The notes: generated by a model from the letters alone, not told the origin. A DNA stretch of 64,000 nucleotides from an uncultured cyanobacterium (GCA_963765575.1 CAVXWZ010000008.1:128001-192000); one strand, 5' to 3'; shown: positions 1 through 10,731, numbered from the stretch's first letter. Numbers and translations: made by a program.

Positions 1-133
1 GCCGCACCTCCACGAGATCACCGATGGCCAGCGGCAGCTGATCTGGATTGGCGTAGCTGAACACCTGCCCCTCACGGCCCGCTTCCAGCCAGATCTGCAG
101 CCAATCGGGGATGGGTTTACTTGCGGAGCTCAC
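1..133 (-). CDS. priA: Primosomal protein N' (5' end only; runs off the window)
   Basis: Manual translation from GTG at 133: MSSASKPIPDWLQIWLEAGREGQVFSYANPDQLPLAIGDLVEVR, matching the picocyanobacterial PriA N-terminus; divergent from sigA; an in-frame TAG upstream limits the start. Confidence 0.8.
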   Translation of the reverse strand, partial: MSSASKPIPDWLQIWLEAGREGQVFSYANPDQLPLAIGDLVEVR

Positions 134-149
134 CTCAGCTTCATAGGAT
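121..149 (+). promoter_or_regulatory. Candidate sigma70 promoter for sigA
   Basis: TTGCGG (121-126), 17-nt spacer, TAGGAT (144-149). Confidence 0.4.
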
Positions 150-531
150 TGGTGCGTTGGGCAGTTCTATGACTGCCGTCGGGACCCAACAGAGTTCCGT
201 CCAGAGGGAAGACTCGAAGAGCCATCCAGGTTTGTTGCCGTTCTCGGCATCGCTGCCCTGTGATCCCGCTCCGGTCTGCGACCACCCCTGTCGACCCTGT
301 TGCGGCTTCGGCCACCCCGGTTTCCTGCATCCCATCCTCGGCTTGTCCCTCCGGCCTCCTCACTGCGTCATTGCCGCTATCCACGGCAGCATGGCGCGCT
401 GATCGGCCCGGGTCCGCCCCCGGCCAACCTGTGCGGGCCTGGTTCTGATCGAGTCAGGACCTGCCGAATCTTTTGATCGTCCCTGCGGCGATCCCCCTGC
501 CTGCCCCCCTGATCTGTTACTCCGTTCTGCG

Positions 532-1942
<1,411 letters not shown>

Positions 1943-1946
<4 letters not shown>

Positions 1947-2341
1947 GCGAGGGCCTGGCGGCTCTCCGCGGTCTGCGCAGTGCACCCCAACTCGACAGCT
2001 CCGCCCGCAGCCTCCTGAGGCAGGAGCTGCTGGCGCTGCTTGAGCCCTGCGAGTGGTTCACGGTGGGGGTGATGGCTCCCTCCGCGGCTGCTGCCCTGGC
2101 CTGCCTGCGCCATCTGGAGGCAGCCCTGGGCTGGCCCCCCCTGGAGCTGGATGGCGGCTGTGAGGCCCCCGACGCGATCGAGGGGCCGGTGTTCCTCAAG
2201 GGCAACCAGAACAACGGCCGCTTCCTGCTGCGGCGCGAGAGCGGCCTGGGGGAGGGCCTGTTGCTCACCGGCCACAGCCCCGTCGACGCCACCGCCGAGG
2301 ACACCTGGGGGCCCCTGCCGCTCGATCTGTTCGCCCCCTAG
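1943..2341 (+). CDS. DUF1824-like conserved cyanobacterial protein
   Basis: GTGA overlap with sigA stop; [17 protein letters not shown] and [10 protein letters not shown] motifs. Confidence 0.75.
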
Positions 2342-2447
2342 ACCTCCCGCGCCCAGCTCCCGGGCGCGCTCTGCCCCGGGTTTGTGACAGCAGCAGCCTG
2401 AACCGAGCAAGCCGCTCCTTAGGCTGGCCGGCTGTGATCTGCCTGCC

Positions 2448-3410
2448 ATGGTTCCCACCCTGCGCATTGCCTCCCGCCGCAGCCAGCTGGCCATGGTGCA
2501 GACCCACTGGGTGCGCGATGAGCTGGCCCGGGCCCATGCCGATCTCACGATCACGATCGAGGCCATGGCCACCAAGGGCGACAAGATCCTTGATGTGGCC
2601 CTCGCCAAGATCGGTGACAAGGGCCTGTTCACCAAGGAGCTGGAAGCCCAGATGCTGGTGGACCAGGCCGACATCGCCGTCCACAGCCTCAAGGACCTGC
2701 CCACCAACCTGCCCGAGGGGCTGATGCTGGGCTGCATCACCGAGCGGGAGGACCCTGCCGATGCCCTGGTGGTGCATGAGAAGCACCGGGACCAGACCCT
2801 CGCCAGCCTGCCGGAAGGGGCCGTGGTGGGCACCAGCTCCCTGCGCCGCCTGGCCCAGCTGCGCCACCACTTCCCCCACCTCACCTTCAAAGACGTGCGG
2901 GGCAACGTCATCACCCGTCTGGAGAAGCTCGACGCCGGTGGCTTCGATTGCCTGATCCTGGCCGCTGCCGGCCTTGGCCGCCTCGGTCTGGGTGATCGCA
3001 TCCACGAGCTGATCGATCCGTCGATCTCCCTGCACGCCGTGGGCCAGGGGGCGCTCGGGATCGAGTGCCGCGACGGCGACACGGCGGTGCTGGAGCAGAT
3101 CAAGGTGCTGGAGCACCTGCCCACGGCCCGGCGCTGCCTGGCGGAGCGGGCCTTTCTGCGCGAGCTGGAGGGTGGCTGCCAGGTGCCCATCGGCGTGAAC
3201 ACCCGCTTCTCAGGGCCTGACGACGGCGGTGAGCTGATCCTCACCGGCATGGTGGCCAGCCTCGATGGTCTGCGGCTGCTGCGCGATGAGGTACGGGGTC
3301 CTCAGGAGGATCCCGAGAGCCTGGGCACGGTGCTGGCCGGGCGGCTGCGGGAACAGGGGGCGGGCGAGATCCTCGCCGAGATCTTTGCCAGCGTGCGGCC
3401 CCAGGCCTGA
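2448..3410 (+). CDS. hemC: Hydroxymethylbilane synthase (porphobilinogen deaminase)
   Basis: [51 protein letters not shown]. Confidence 0.97.
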   Translation: MVPTLRIASRRSQLAMVQTHWVRDELARAHADLTITIEAMATKGDKILDVALAKIGDKGLFTKELEAQMLVDQADIAVHSLKDLPTNLPEGLMLGCITEREDPADALVVHEKHRDQTLASLPEGAVVGTSSLRRLAQLRHHFPHLTFKDVRGNVITRLEKLDAGGFDCLILAAAGLGRLGLGDRIHELIDPSISLHAVGQGALGIECRDGDTAVLEQIKVLEHLPTARRCLAERAFLRELEGGCQVPIGVNTRFSGPDDGGELILTGMVASLDGLRLLRDEVRGPQEDPESLGTVLAGRLREQGAGEILAEIFASVRPQA

Positions 3411-3429
3411 GTGCGAGTGGGCCGCCGCC

Positions 3430-3621
3430 TCAGCAGGGGCCCGGATTGAGGGCCGAGAAGTGGGAGGGGTGCAGGAGTTCCTCGGCCACAGGGTCGGTGC
3501 GCTGCAGGCGTGCCACCAGGCGTTGCAGGTCCAGGGGCGAAAGCTCGCCATTGCTGGACCACTTCAGCACCGTGCTGGGGGTGGTGCTTCCCTCGGGCTG
3601 CTGGGAGTGGTCGCTGACCAT
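3430..3621 (-). CDS. Small hypothetical protein (63 aa)
   Basis: ATG ORF filling the gap; core LKWSSNGELSPLDLQRLVARL resembles a small picocyanobacterial protein. Confidence 0.55.
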   Translation of the reverse strand: MVSDHSQQPEGSTTPSTVLKWSSNGELSPLDLQRLVARLQRTDPVAEELLHPSHFSALNPGPC

Positions 3622-3732
3622 GCCTGCGATCGACTGGACGAAGAAGCGCCAAGTTAAGGGATCAACACCTGAACCCCACCCGCATGGGCATGGGAGTAAA
3701 GGAAGTCTTCAGATTGTTGGCGTGCTGGCGGC

Positions 3733-4350
3733 TCAGGGCTTCACGATCACCGGCGTGCCCAGCTCCACCTGATCGAACAGCTGGCGGATGTGGGGGGTGA
3801 GCATGCGCACGCAGCCGTTGGACACCGCTGCCCTGGAGGTGACGGTCCACGACCAGGCATCGGGAGTGCCGTGGATGCCGTATTGATTCACACCGCTCTG
3901 CTTGAAGCCGATCCAGCGATCGCCCAGGGGCGCCTGGGGGCCCACCTTGCTGTTCACCTTGCCGCTGGCGGTGCTCTGGTAGATGGGGTTCGTGACCTTG
4001 TTCTCCACCGTGAAGCGGCCGGTGGGCGTGGGGGTGCTGGGGTCGCCGATGGCCACGGGCCAGCTGGCCACCACGGTGCCGGATTCCACCAGGGAGATCT
4101 GGCGACGGCCGAGCTCCAGCACGATCTCGCGTGTGAGCACCGGCGGCGGTGCGGGGGCCACGGCCGTGGCGGCCTCCGGAGTCGGTGGCTCCAGCGCCGG
4201 CTCGCCGGAGGCCCGGGCTGCGGGGGCGGTCAGCGCCGCGGCCCCCAGCAGGGCTGCCAGCAGCCAGCGACCGGCAGCTTGGTGACGCGCCGTTGGGTGC
4301 TGGGCAGCTTGGCGCCGGGCGGCCGGCTGGAGGGAGTGATCGGGGGCCAT
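3733..4350 (-). CDS. L,D-transpeptidase (YkuD family), secreted
   Basis: Signal-like hydrophobic segment; WPVAIG..TPTG, YGIHGT, VSNGCVRM, GTPV. Confidence 0.9.
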   Translation of the reverse strand: MAPDHSLQPAARRQAAQHPTARHQAAGRWLLAALLGAAALTAPAARASGEPALEPPTPEAATAVAPAPPPVLTREIVLELGRRQISLVESGTVVASWPVAIGDPSTPTPTGRFTVENKVTNPIYQSTASGKVNSKVGPQAPLGDRWIGFKQSGVNQYGIHGTPDAWSWTVTSRAAVSNGCVRMLTPHIRQLFDQVELGTPVIVKP

Positions 4351-4369
4351 GGGGGGGGTGATGGGGGGA

Positions 4370-4969
4370 TCAGGCGCTGGGGCCGTTGACCAGCTGGGGT
4401 GCGATCTCGCTGTTGTAGCGGGATTCGCAGGTCTTGATCACCCGCACGGCTTCGTCGGCCTCAAAAAATCCGTTGACGCGGCAGGTTCCAGGCTTCTTGA
4501 GATCCTTGTAGTGCTCCCAGTAGTAGGTGGTCTCCTTCAGCCAGTGGGCCCCCAGCTGGGTGTGGCTGGTGATGTGATCCATGCGCTTGTCGTCGGCCAG
4601 CACGGCGATCACCTTGTCGTCCACCTCGCCGCCATCGTCAAACTTCATCAGGCCGATGATGCGCGCCTCCACAAGCGAGCCCGGAACCAGCGGTTCGGTG
4701 ACGCCCACGATCTCGATGTCGAGGGGGTCGCCGTCCTCGTCCCAGGTGCGGGGAAGGCAGCCGTAGGCAAAGGGGTAGGCGAGTGAGGAGTAGCCGACGC
4801 GATCGAGCTTGAGGTGTCCGGTTTCGGTGATCAGCTCGTATTTGTTGATGGTCATCGAGTTGAGCTCGACGATCGCGTTCAGTCTCAGTTCGGCTTCATC
4901 GGCGAAGGCCGGCAGCACGTGCAGCAGGTTGAGCATCGTGCGGCTGGGGGCGTGGTCGATGTTCGCCAT
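4370..4969 (-). CDS. ppa: Inorganic pyrophosphatase (family I)
   Basis: NKYEL, KLDR, YPFAYG, DEDGDPLD, DDKVIAV. Confidence 0.95.
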   Translation of the reverse strand: MANIDHAPSRTMLNLLHVLPAFADEAELRLNAIVELNSMTINKYELITETGHLKLDRVGYSSLAYPFAYGCLPRTWDEDGDPLDIEIVGVTEPLVPGSLVEARIIGLMKFDDGGEVDDKVIAVLADDKRMDHITSHTQLGAHWLKETTYYWEHYKDLKKPGTCRVNGFFEADEAVRVIKTCESRYNSEIAPQLVNGPSA

Positions 4970-5027
4970 GAAGCAGCTGGAAGGGCGGGGCTGATCTTAA
5001 GGAGTGCCTGGCCGCCCCAGGCCCGGC

Positions 5028-6623
5028 TCAGCCCTCCTCCAGCAGCTGGTCCACCTTGTTGCCCAGATAGCGCAGGAAGGGGTCGGCGCTCAGGGGGCTG
5101 CCGCACACCCGCTTCACCAGCTGGGCGCCGTTGACGCTGCGGCCCAGTCCCCACACCTGTCGCCCCAGCCAGGCCTGCAGCTCCGCTTCCCCGCCGGCCG
5201 CCACGTGGCCTTCGATCGGTCCGATCTCCGCCTCCATCGCTTCGGCCAGCTGGGCGCTGATCAGGTGTCCCAGGGCATAGGAGGGGAAGTAGCCGAACAG
5301 ACCTTCGGCCCAGTGGATGTCCTGCAGGCAGCCCTCGGCGTCGCAGTGGGGGCGCACGCCCAGCAGCTCGTGCAGACCGTGGTTCCAGGCCGCCGGCAGC
5401 TCCTCCACCGGCATGTCCCGCTCCAGCAGGGCGAGCTCCAGTTCGAACCGCAGCACGATGTGCAGGCCATAGCTGAGCTCGTCGGCCTCAACCCGGATCA
5501 GCCCGGGCGTGAGCGGGTTCAGCTGCCGCCAGAACCTGCCGGCGCCGCCCCAGGCATCGGCCCCCAGCGCCGCACGGAAGCGCGGATACCAGCGCTCCGC
5601 AAAGGCGCGTCCGCGGGCCACCCGGCATTCCCAGAACAGCGACTGGGATTCGTGCACCCCCATCGAGGTGGCCTCGCCGAGGGGCCAGGGAAAGGCGTGG
5701 TCGTCGCTGCGGGGCAGGCCCTGTTCGTAGAGGGAATGGCCCCACTCATGGGCGGTGGCGAGGAAGGCGGAGTAGGGCTGGCCCGGGACCACCCGGGTGG
5801 TGATGCGGAAGTCGGCAGGGCCCAGCGTGCAGGAGAAGGGATGGGCGGAACGGGCGCGCTGGCAGCGCCTGGGGTCGTAGCCCCAGCTCTGCAGCAGCTC
5901 CACGCACAGGCCCTCCTGCAGGGCTTCGCCCAATGCGGCGGGCTCGGTCGTGGCGGCTGCCTGCGCTACCGGCGCGGGGTGGGCGCTGAGCGAGGCCACC
6001 CGCTCCAGCAAAGCGGGAATCCCGGCCTTGAGCGGGTCGAAGAGGCTCTCCAATTCGGCCTTGCTGATGTCCGGCTCGAAGGGCTGGGCCAGGATTTCCC
6101 AGATGCTGCGTCGCACCGGCTCGGCGGCCGCCAGCTGGCTGGCCTGGTCCCGGCGCAGCTGCAGCAGCTCGCTGAGGGCAGGGGCGAACATGGCGAAGCT
6201 ATTGCTGCGACGGGCCTCCTGCCAGAGGGCGTTGCCCCGGGACTGGGCCCGGACCAGGGCCTGCACCAGGGCGGGATCGAGGCAGCGTTGTCGCTTCAGG
6301 TCCAGTTGCAGCAGCTGCAGGTTGCGCTCCAGGGCCGGCCCAGCCCCGCCATCGCCCCCGCCCTCGGCGTCGAGTTCGGCTGCGACGGCGGCCACCAGAT
6401 CGGCATAGGCGTCACTGCTCTGGCGCTCGTGCAGCTGGCCGGCGAGCAGGGCCAGTTGCTCGCCCCGCCATGGGGCCCCGGCGGGGGGCATCAGGGTGTT
6501 CTGGTCGACGTAGAGCGCGCTGCTGATCGAGCCCAGCAGGCGGGTCTGGTGCAGATGGCGATGCAGGCGCTCCAGGGCCGTTCCCTGCTGGGGCATGGTT
6601 GCGATCTGGGGGAGGTTCGGCAT
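5028..6623 (-). CDS. Carboxypeptidase, family M32 (Taq-type)
   Basis: HPF, DFRITTR, HEWGH zinc motif, HESQS, IRVEADE, GCLQDIHW, GYFPSYALG; start could also be 6596. Confidence 0.95.
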   Translation of the reverse strand: MPNLPQIATMPQQGTALERLHRHLHQTRLLGSISSALYVDQNTLMPPAGAPWRGEQLALLAGQLHERQSSDAYADLVAAVAAELDAEGGGDGGAGPALERNLQLLQLDLKRQRCLDPALVQALVRAQSRGNALWQEARRSNSFAMFAPALSELLQLRRDQASQLAAAEPVRRSIWEILAQPFEPDISKAELESLFDPLKAGIPALLERVASLSAHPAPVAQAAATTEPAALGEALQEGLCVELLQSWGYDPRRCQRARSAHPFSCTLGPADFRITTRVVPGQPYSAFLATAHEWGHSLYEQGLPRSDDHAFPWPLGEATSMGVHESQSLFWECRVARGRAFAERWYPRFRAALGADAWGGAGRFWRQLNPLTPGLIRVEADELSYGLHIVLRFELELALLERDMPVEELPAAWNHGLHELLGVRPHCDAEGCLQDIHWAEGLFGYFPSYALGHLISAQLAEAMEAEIGPIEGHVAAGGEAELQAWLGRQVWGLGRSVNGAQLVKRVCGSPLSADPFLRYLGNKVDQLLEEG

Positions 6624-6657
6624 GGCGAGCGCTGGGGGGAAGGGGCCTGACAGGCAC

Positions 6658-6687
6658 AAAAAAAGCTCCCGGCTGGGGCCGGGAGCT
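6658..6687 (-). terminator. Intrinsic terminator downstream of hli
   Basis: AGCTCCCGGC-TGGG-GCCGGGAGCT stem next to an A-run (U-tail on the minus strand). Confidence 0.85.
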
Positions 6688-6730
6688 GCGGGTGGCCCGG
6701 GAAACGGGCAGAGGGGGGTGTTGGCAGGGG

Positions 6731-6874
6731 TCAGCCCAGGCCGATCTGGCTGAGGATGCCTTGGCCGGTGAGCAGCTCGGTGGCCAGGCCGATCACGAAG
6801 CCCATCATGGCCAGGCGGCCATTCCAGGTCTCGGCGAAAGCGACGAAGCCGAAGCGGGAGGTGGAGTCGGTCAT
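6731..6874 (-). CDS. hli: High-light-inducible protein (Hli/Scp, one helix), 47 aa; not in the ORF track
   Basis: Manual translation MTDSTSRFGFVAFAETWNGRLAMMGFVIGLATELLTGQGILSQIGLG with the ExxNGRxAM chlorophyll-binding motif and TGQG. Confidence 0.95.
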   Translation of the reverse strand: MTDSTSRFGFVAFAETWNGRLAMMGFVIGLATELLTGQGILSQIGLG

Positions 6875-6883
6875 GGACGTGAC

Positions 6884-6901
6884 GTTACGAAACGTGTGCA
6901 G
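6884..6901. promoter_or_regulatory. HLR1-like (RpaB) site upstream of hli
   Basis: GTTACGAA-AC-GTGTGCAG adjacent to candidate -10 TAAGAT (minus strand, 6902-6907). Confidence 0.5.
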
Positions 6902-6904
6902 ATC

Positions 6905-7114
6905 TTAAGCGGTTGTGAAGCCAGTGGGGTGGTTGGTTGCCGGCAGTCGGCAGCCAAGCTGAATCGCCCCCTCATCCAGCAGCCGTCCCAGACGCAGGGC
7001 CGTGGCCTCCTCCACCCGCGAGAAGCGGGCTTGCTGGGCGGTGACCCAGCTGAGCTCGTCGGGGGTGATCACCCCGCTGGAGACCGATTCAAGAAACAGT
7101 TCGCCGACCGTCAT
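6905..7114 (-). CDS. Small conserved hypothetical protein (69 aa)
   Basis: MTVGELFLESVSSGVIT...ALRLGRLLDEGAIQLGCRL, typical of a small picocyanobacterial family. Confidence 0.75.
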   Translation of the reverse strand: MTVGELFLESVSSGVITPDELSWVTAQQARFSRVEEATALRLGRLLDEGAIQLGCRLPATNHPTGFTTA

Positions 7115-7135
7115 GGGATCTGCCGTGCTGGTGTT

Positions 7136-7153
7136 GTTACGGAACGTTAACAG
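7136..7153. promoter_or_regulatory. HLR1-like (RpaB) site
   Basis: GTTACGGA-AC-GTTAACAG upstream of the 6905-7114 gene. Confidence 0.5.
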
Positions 7154-7241
7154 TGCTGCTCATGTGCCCGCTCTGGGGCGGGCTGAGCAGGTTGCCGTGC
7201 TCTTAGGGCCTTGCGACCCAAGAACTGGGAGCCGCAGGTCG

Positions 7242-7259
7242 CAGTTAACACTTCGTCAC
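7242..7259. promoter_or_regulatory. HLR1-like (RpaB) site
   Basis: Minus strand GTGACGAA-GT-GTTAACTG, just upstream of candidate -10 TAGGGT (7262-7267) of the 7291 gene. Confidence 0.45.
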
Positions 7260-7290
7260 ACTAGGGTCAACGCTCTGCGACCTAGTCAAC

Positions 7291-7521
7291 ATGATCTTTA
7301 CAACTCTCTATCTCATCTGCTTCGCCACGTTGCTGGTGGGGGCTTTCTCGCTGATCAGCCAGAGCTACCGCCTCTCCCCCCAGCCCATGGCTGCCTCGAC
7401 CCTCGAGCGCTCCTCGGCCCAGGGCCGCCGCCATCCGGAAGCTCCCGAGCCCGGTGAGTCGGTGATGTACGTGGATCTCAGCCGCGAACGGCTGGAGCAG
7501 CTGTACCAGCAGAGTTCCTGA
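7291..7521 (+). CDS. Small single-TM membrane protein, DUF2973-like
   Basis: N-terminal TM helix; HPEAP..GE.VMYVDLSRERLEQLYQ. Confidence 0.65.
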   Translation: MIFTTLYLICFATLLVGAFSLISQSYRLSPQPMAASTLERSSAQGRRHPEAPEPGESVMYVDLSRERLEQLYQQSS

Positions 7522-7857
7522 CCCTGCCTCGATCCCTTCAGCGGGCGGCCATGCTCTTCAGCCCTTCTGCCCCCTGCTGGTTCCCAGCCCTTCCTCTGCC
7601 CTCCAGGCTGCCGAAGTCGCCGCCCTACAGGCCACCCTGCTTTTCCTACGCGCCCAGCTATCAAGGTCAGGCTTGAGATCAAGGCCTTCTCCGCTCTGGG
7701 CATCAGCCTCTTGATGGTTCAGACGCCGGTTTTTCTGGCCGTCGCCGGCAGCGCGTCCGCCGCTGTCGCGTTCAGCCGCAGTCGGGCATCAGTGGACCCG
7801 GCATCAGTGAACCTGAAGGTTCAGCCCGGGTGACAACGTGCGCCCACTCCGGGGGCG

Positions 7858-8259
7858 TCATTCCCAGTGCACGGTCATGGGGATCGCCCCCTCCAGGCTG
7901 GCTTTCACCGGGCAACCCAGCGCCGCCCGCTGCAGGGCGCGGCGCTGCTGCTCCTCCAGCTCCTGCGGCAGGCTGATCCATACCTCCAGGGCGGCGATGC
8001 GCCGCGGCGGCTCGCCGCTCATCGTTTTCTGCACCCGTGCCGAGGTCCCCTGCAGCGACCAGCCGTGCCGTTCGGCGACGATTCCCATCACCGTCAGCAA
8101 GCAGGTCGCCAGGGAGGTGGCCAGCAGGTCGGTTGGGGAGAAGCACTCACCCCGTCCTGCGTTGTCGGTGGGGGCGTCGGTGCTGATCACCCGGCCCGAG
8201 GGGCCGTGTTCGGCTGCGCAACGCAGGCCGCCGTCATAACGGCAGGAAATGGTGGTCAT
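7858..8259 (-). CDS. OsmC/YhfA family protein
   Basis: TDAP.DN.G.GE.FSPTDLLATSLATC ... ALGCPVKASL (two conserved Cys). Confidence 0.9.
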   Translation of the reverse strand: MTTISCRYDGGLRCAAEHGPSGRVISTDAPTDNAGRGECFSPTDLLATSLATCLLTVMGIVAERHGWSLQGTSARVQKTMSGEPPRRIAALEVWISLPQELEEQQRRALQRAALGCPVKASLEGAIPMTVHWE

Positions 8260-8322
8260 CGCCGTGCAGGGGTGGCAGTCGCTGCAGCCACTCTGCTGGT
8301 CCCAGGGGGCGATGGGAGCGGC

Positions 8323-9888
8323 TCAGGCCGCCAGACCGGTGTCCTCCAGGAGCTGCCGCTGCTGCCGGGCCGACACGAAGCGATGGGCCGCCATGGCCCC
8401 ACTCACGGCCACCGGCGGCACACCGATGCCGGGGAAGGTGCCGGCGCCACAGACCACCAGCCCTTCGATCGGCGTGCCGCCGCTGGGGAACGGGCCGGCA
8501 CCTGCGGGCCAGGCCGGTCCGTAGCTGCCCTGGTGAATGCGCAGGTAGTGCTGGTGGGTGAGGGGCGTTCCCTGCAGCTCCAGCACCACCCGCTCACGCC
8601 AATCGGGAATCAGGGGCTCCAGCACCCGGTGGAAGAGGCTGCAGCGCTCGGCCTTGAGGGCGACGTAGGCCGGACTGCCGCGCTCCAGGTGCTGCCAGAG
8701 CTCCCAGGGTTCGTTGGCCGGCGTGTAGCCGTGCAGCACCTGGTGACCGGCCGGGGCGAGGGAGGGATCGAGCAGTGAGGGCATCGACAGCACGGCCATG
8801 TTGCGCTCGGCGTCGATGCCCCGCTGCCAGTCGCCCACCCACACGTGGTGAATGGGCAGGTGCTGGAGATCGTCGCCGCGCAGGGCCAGGTGCCAGTGCA
8901 GGAAACTGTGGCAGGCGGGCGTCTGCCGCTGGCGCCGGCGCCAGCGGGCGGGGGTGCTGCCCTCCGGCAGCAGCTCCAGCAGGTTCCACGGGTTCAGGTT
9001 GGCGATCACGCCCCGTCGCGCCGTGATTCGCTCGCCATCGGCGAGCCGCACGCCGGTGGCACGGTTGTGGGTCACGAGCACCTCGGCGACCGGGCTGCGG
9101 GTGCGCAGCTCGCCGCCGTGACGCTCCAGAGCCCTCACCAGCGCCGCCACCACCGCCGGACTGCCGCCGATGGGGTAGTCGAGACAGGCGCCGGGCTCGA
9201 ACCACTCGCCGAACAGGGTGGCCATGGCGGCGGCACTGGTCTGGTCCATCGGCAGACCGGAGATCAGGAAGCAGAGCAGATCCACCCAGTGCAGCAGGAA
9301 GGGATCGCGCAGATGACGCCGGGCCATCGGTCCGAAAGCCCCACCCAGGGCTGCCAGCCGGCCGGCCTGGCCCAGCAGTCCCAGGCCCTGCCGGCCCAGG
9401 GTGGCGGCCAGGCCCAGCCCCGGACGCAGGGCCAGCAAGGGCAGGGCCCGGGCGGCCTGGCAGCTGGGTTGCAGCCAGGTCATGAAGGCGGCCCACTCCT
9501 CGGCCGCGGCGGCGCCACGCAGATCCCGCACCACCGCCAGAAACGGCTCCAGTCCCACCTGCACCCGCAACTGGCCTTCCGGCAGCAGCAGCCCCCACTC
9601 GTCATAGGTGGCCACCGGCACGCTCTCACCCACGGCCCGCAGCACCTGGGCCAGGGGATTGCCGCTCGGCCAGCGTCCCAGCCCCGACCACAGCGAGGGA
9701 CCCGATTCGAACTGAAATCCGCGGCGCTCGAAGCCGTGGGCGGCGCCACCGGGCTGGTCGTGGGCTTCCAGCACCAGCACCTCAAGCCCATGGCGGGCTG
9801 CCATGGCGGCGGCGCAGAGCCCCCCCAGGCCGCTGCCCACCACCACCAGGTCGGGCGCGGAGGCCCCGCGCGGCGGCCCGCCCGTCAT
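8323..9888 (-). CDS. FAD-dependent oxidoreductase, phytoene desaturase / carotenoid isomerase (CrtH-like) family
   Basis: VVVGSGLGGL dinucleotide motif, FESGPSL, YPIGG, GTPLTH, FPGIGVPPVAVSG. Confidence 0.85.
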   Translation of the reverse strand: MTGGPPRGASAPDLVVVGSGLGGLCAAAMAARHGLEVLVLEAHDQPGGAAHGFERRGFQFESGPSLWSGLGRWPSGNPLAQVLRAVGESVPVATYDEWGLLLPEGQLRVQVGLEPFLAVVRDLRGAAAAEEWAAFMTWLQPSCQAARALPLLALRPGLGLAATLGRQGLGLLGQAGRLAALGGAFGPMARRHLRDPFLLHWVDLLCFLISGLPMDQTSAAAMATLFGEWFEPGACLDYPIGGSPAVVAALVRALERHGGELRTRSPVAEVLVTHNRATGVRLADGERITARRGVIANLNPWNLLELLPEGSTPARWRRRQRQTPACHSFLHWHLALRGDDLQHLPIHHVWVGDWQRGIDAERNMAVLSMPSLLDPSLAPAGHQVLHGYTPANEPWELWQHLERGSPAYVALKAERCSLFHRVLEPLIPDWRERVVLELQGTPLTHQHYLRIHQGSYGPAWPAGAGPFPSGGTPIEGLVVCGAGTFPGIGVPPVAVSGAMAAHRFVSARQQRQLLEDTGLAA

Positions 9889-10346
9889 GGGCCGGTGCGG
9901 CAGCGGTCGCGGCAGAGCTGTTCGAGGTCCGGGCGACCGGTGAGGCGCAGCCGCCAGCGGGCCCAGAGCCCGTAGGCGGCGTTCAGAAGTGGTCGCAGGC
10001 CGGGCCAGTCGCTGGGGGCATAGAGCCAGCCCAGGCCGACCAGCGCATAGGCACGCCGGAACACGGCCAGATCCCGCAACACCTCGCCATCAGCGCCGAT
10101 GGCATGGATGCGGCCCATGGCCATGCGGTAGTCGACACCGGCGTGGGCGGAGGGGTCGTAGCCCGGGTCGCTGATGTCCACAAAGGCCAGCTGTGGCGCG
10201 CCGGGGTGGCGGCGCTGGTCGCGGCCGCGCAGGATCCGCACCTCGCGCAGGCAGAGCGGACAGCCGCCGTCGTAGAGGAGGCACAACTGGGGCTGGGGCT
10301 TGGCGGTGGCCGCCGGCTCAAACGCGGCCTCGGAAACGGGCGTCAT
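9885..10346 (-). CDS. DCC-family thiol-disulfide oxidoreductase (DUF393)
   Basis: LLYDGGCPLC (DxxCxxC), AMGRIHAI; 4-nt overlap with the downstream gene. Confidence 0.85.
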   Translation of the reverse strand: MTPVSEAAFEPAATAKPQPQLCLLYDGGCPLCLREVRILRGRDQRRHPGAPQLAFVDISDPGYDPSAHAGVDYRMAMGRIHAIGADGEVLRDLAVFRRAYALVGLGWLYAPSDWPGLRPLLNAAYGLWARWRLRLTGRPDLEQLCRDRCRTGP

Positions 10347-10368
10347 CGGTGGGATGGAGGGCAGCGTC

Positions 10369-10620
10369 TCACTTCTGGCGGCAGTAGCGGCCACCCACGT
10401 TCATCCAGCCCTCGGGGCAGGGCAGCCCGTGGGTGGGCTGCACGGTGTAACGCATCAGCCCCAGGGTGCTGCACCTGCCGTTGAGCATGTCCACGTAGCC
10501 CAGGGGGCAGATGTTGCCCAGCTTGGGCACCTCCCGCTGCGCCCATGCTGGCGGCGCCGCCAGCCCCACCAGAGCGGCGGTGCTCAGCAGGAGCGCGAAG
10601 TGGGTGGCGCTGGAGGTCAT
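10369..10620 (-). CDS. Small secreted Cys-rich protein (83 aa)
   Basis: Signal peptide ending PAWA; two CPxG(Y/W)...C modules. Confidence 0.65.
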   Translation of the reverse strand: MTSSATHFALLLSTAALVGLAAPPAWAQREVPKLGNICPLGYVDMLNGRCSTLGLMRYTVQPTHGLPCPEGWMNVGGRYCRQK

Positions 10621-10731
10621 GGGCCGGACGACGCGACGTTCCGATGGTAAGGAGCCCGGGCCGGGCCCAGGCTGCTGCAGGGGGGGGCCTGCTGCTGCAC
10701 CATGGACTCCAGTCAGCCCGGTGCTGAGGGC

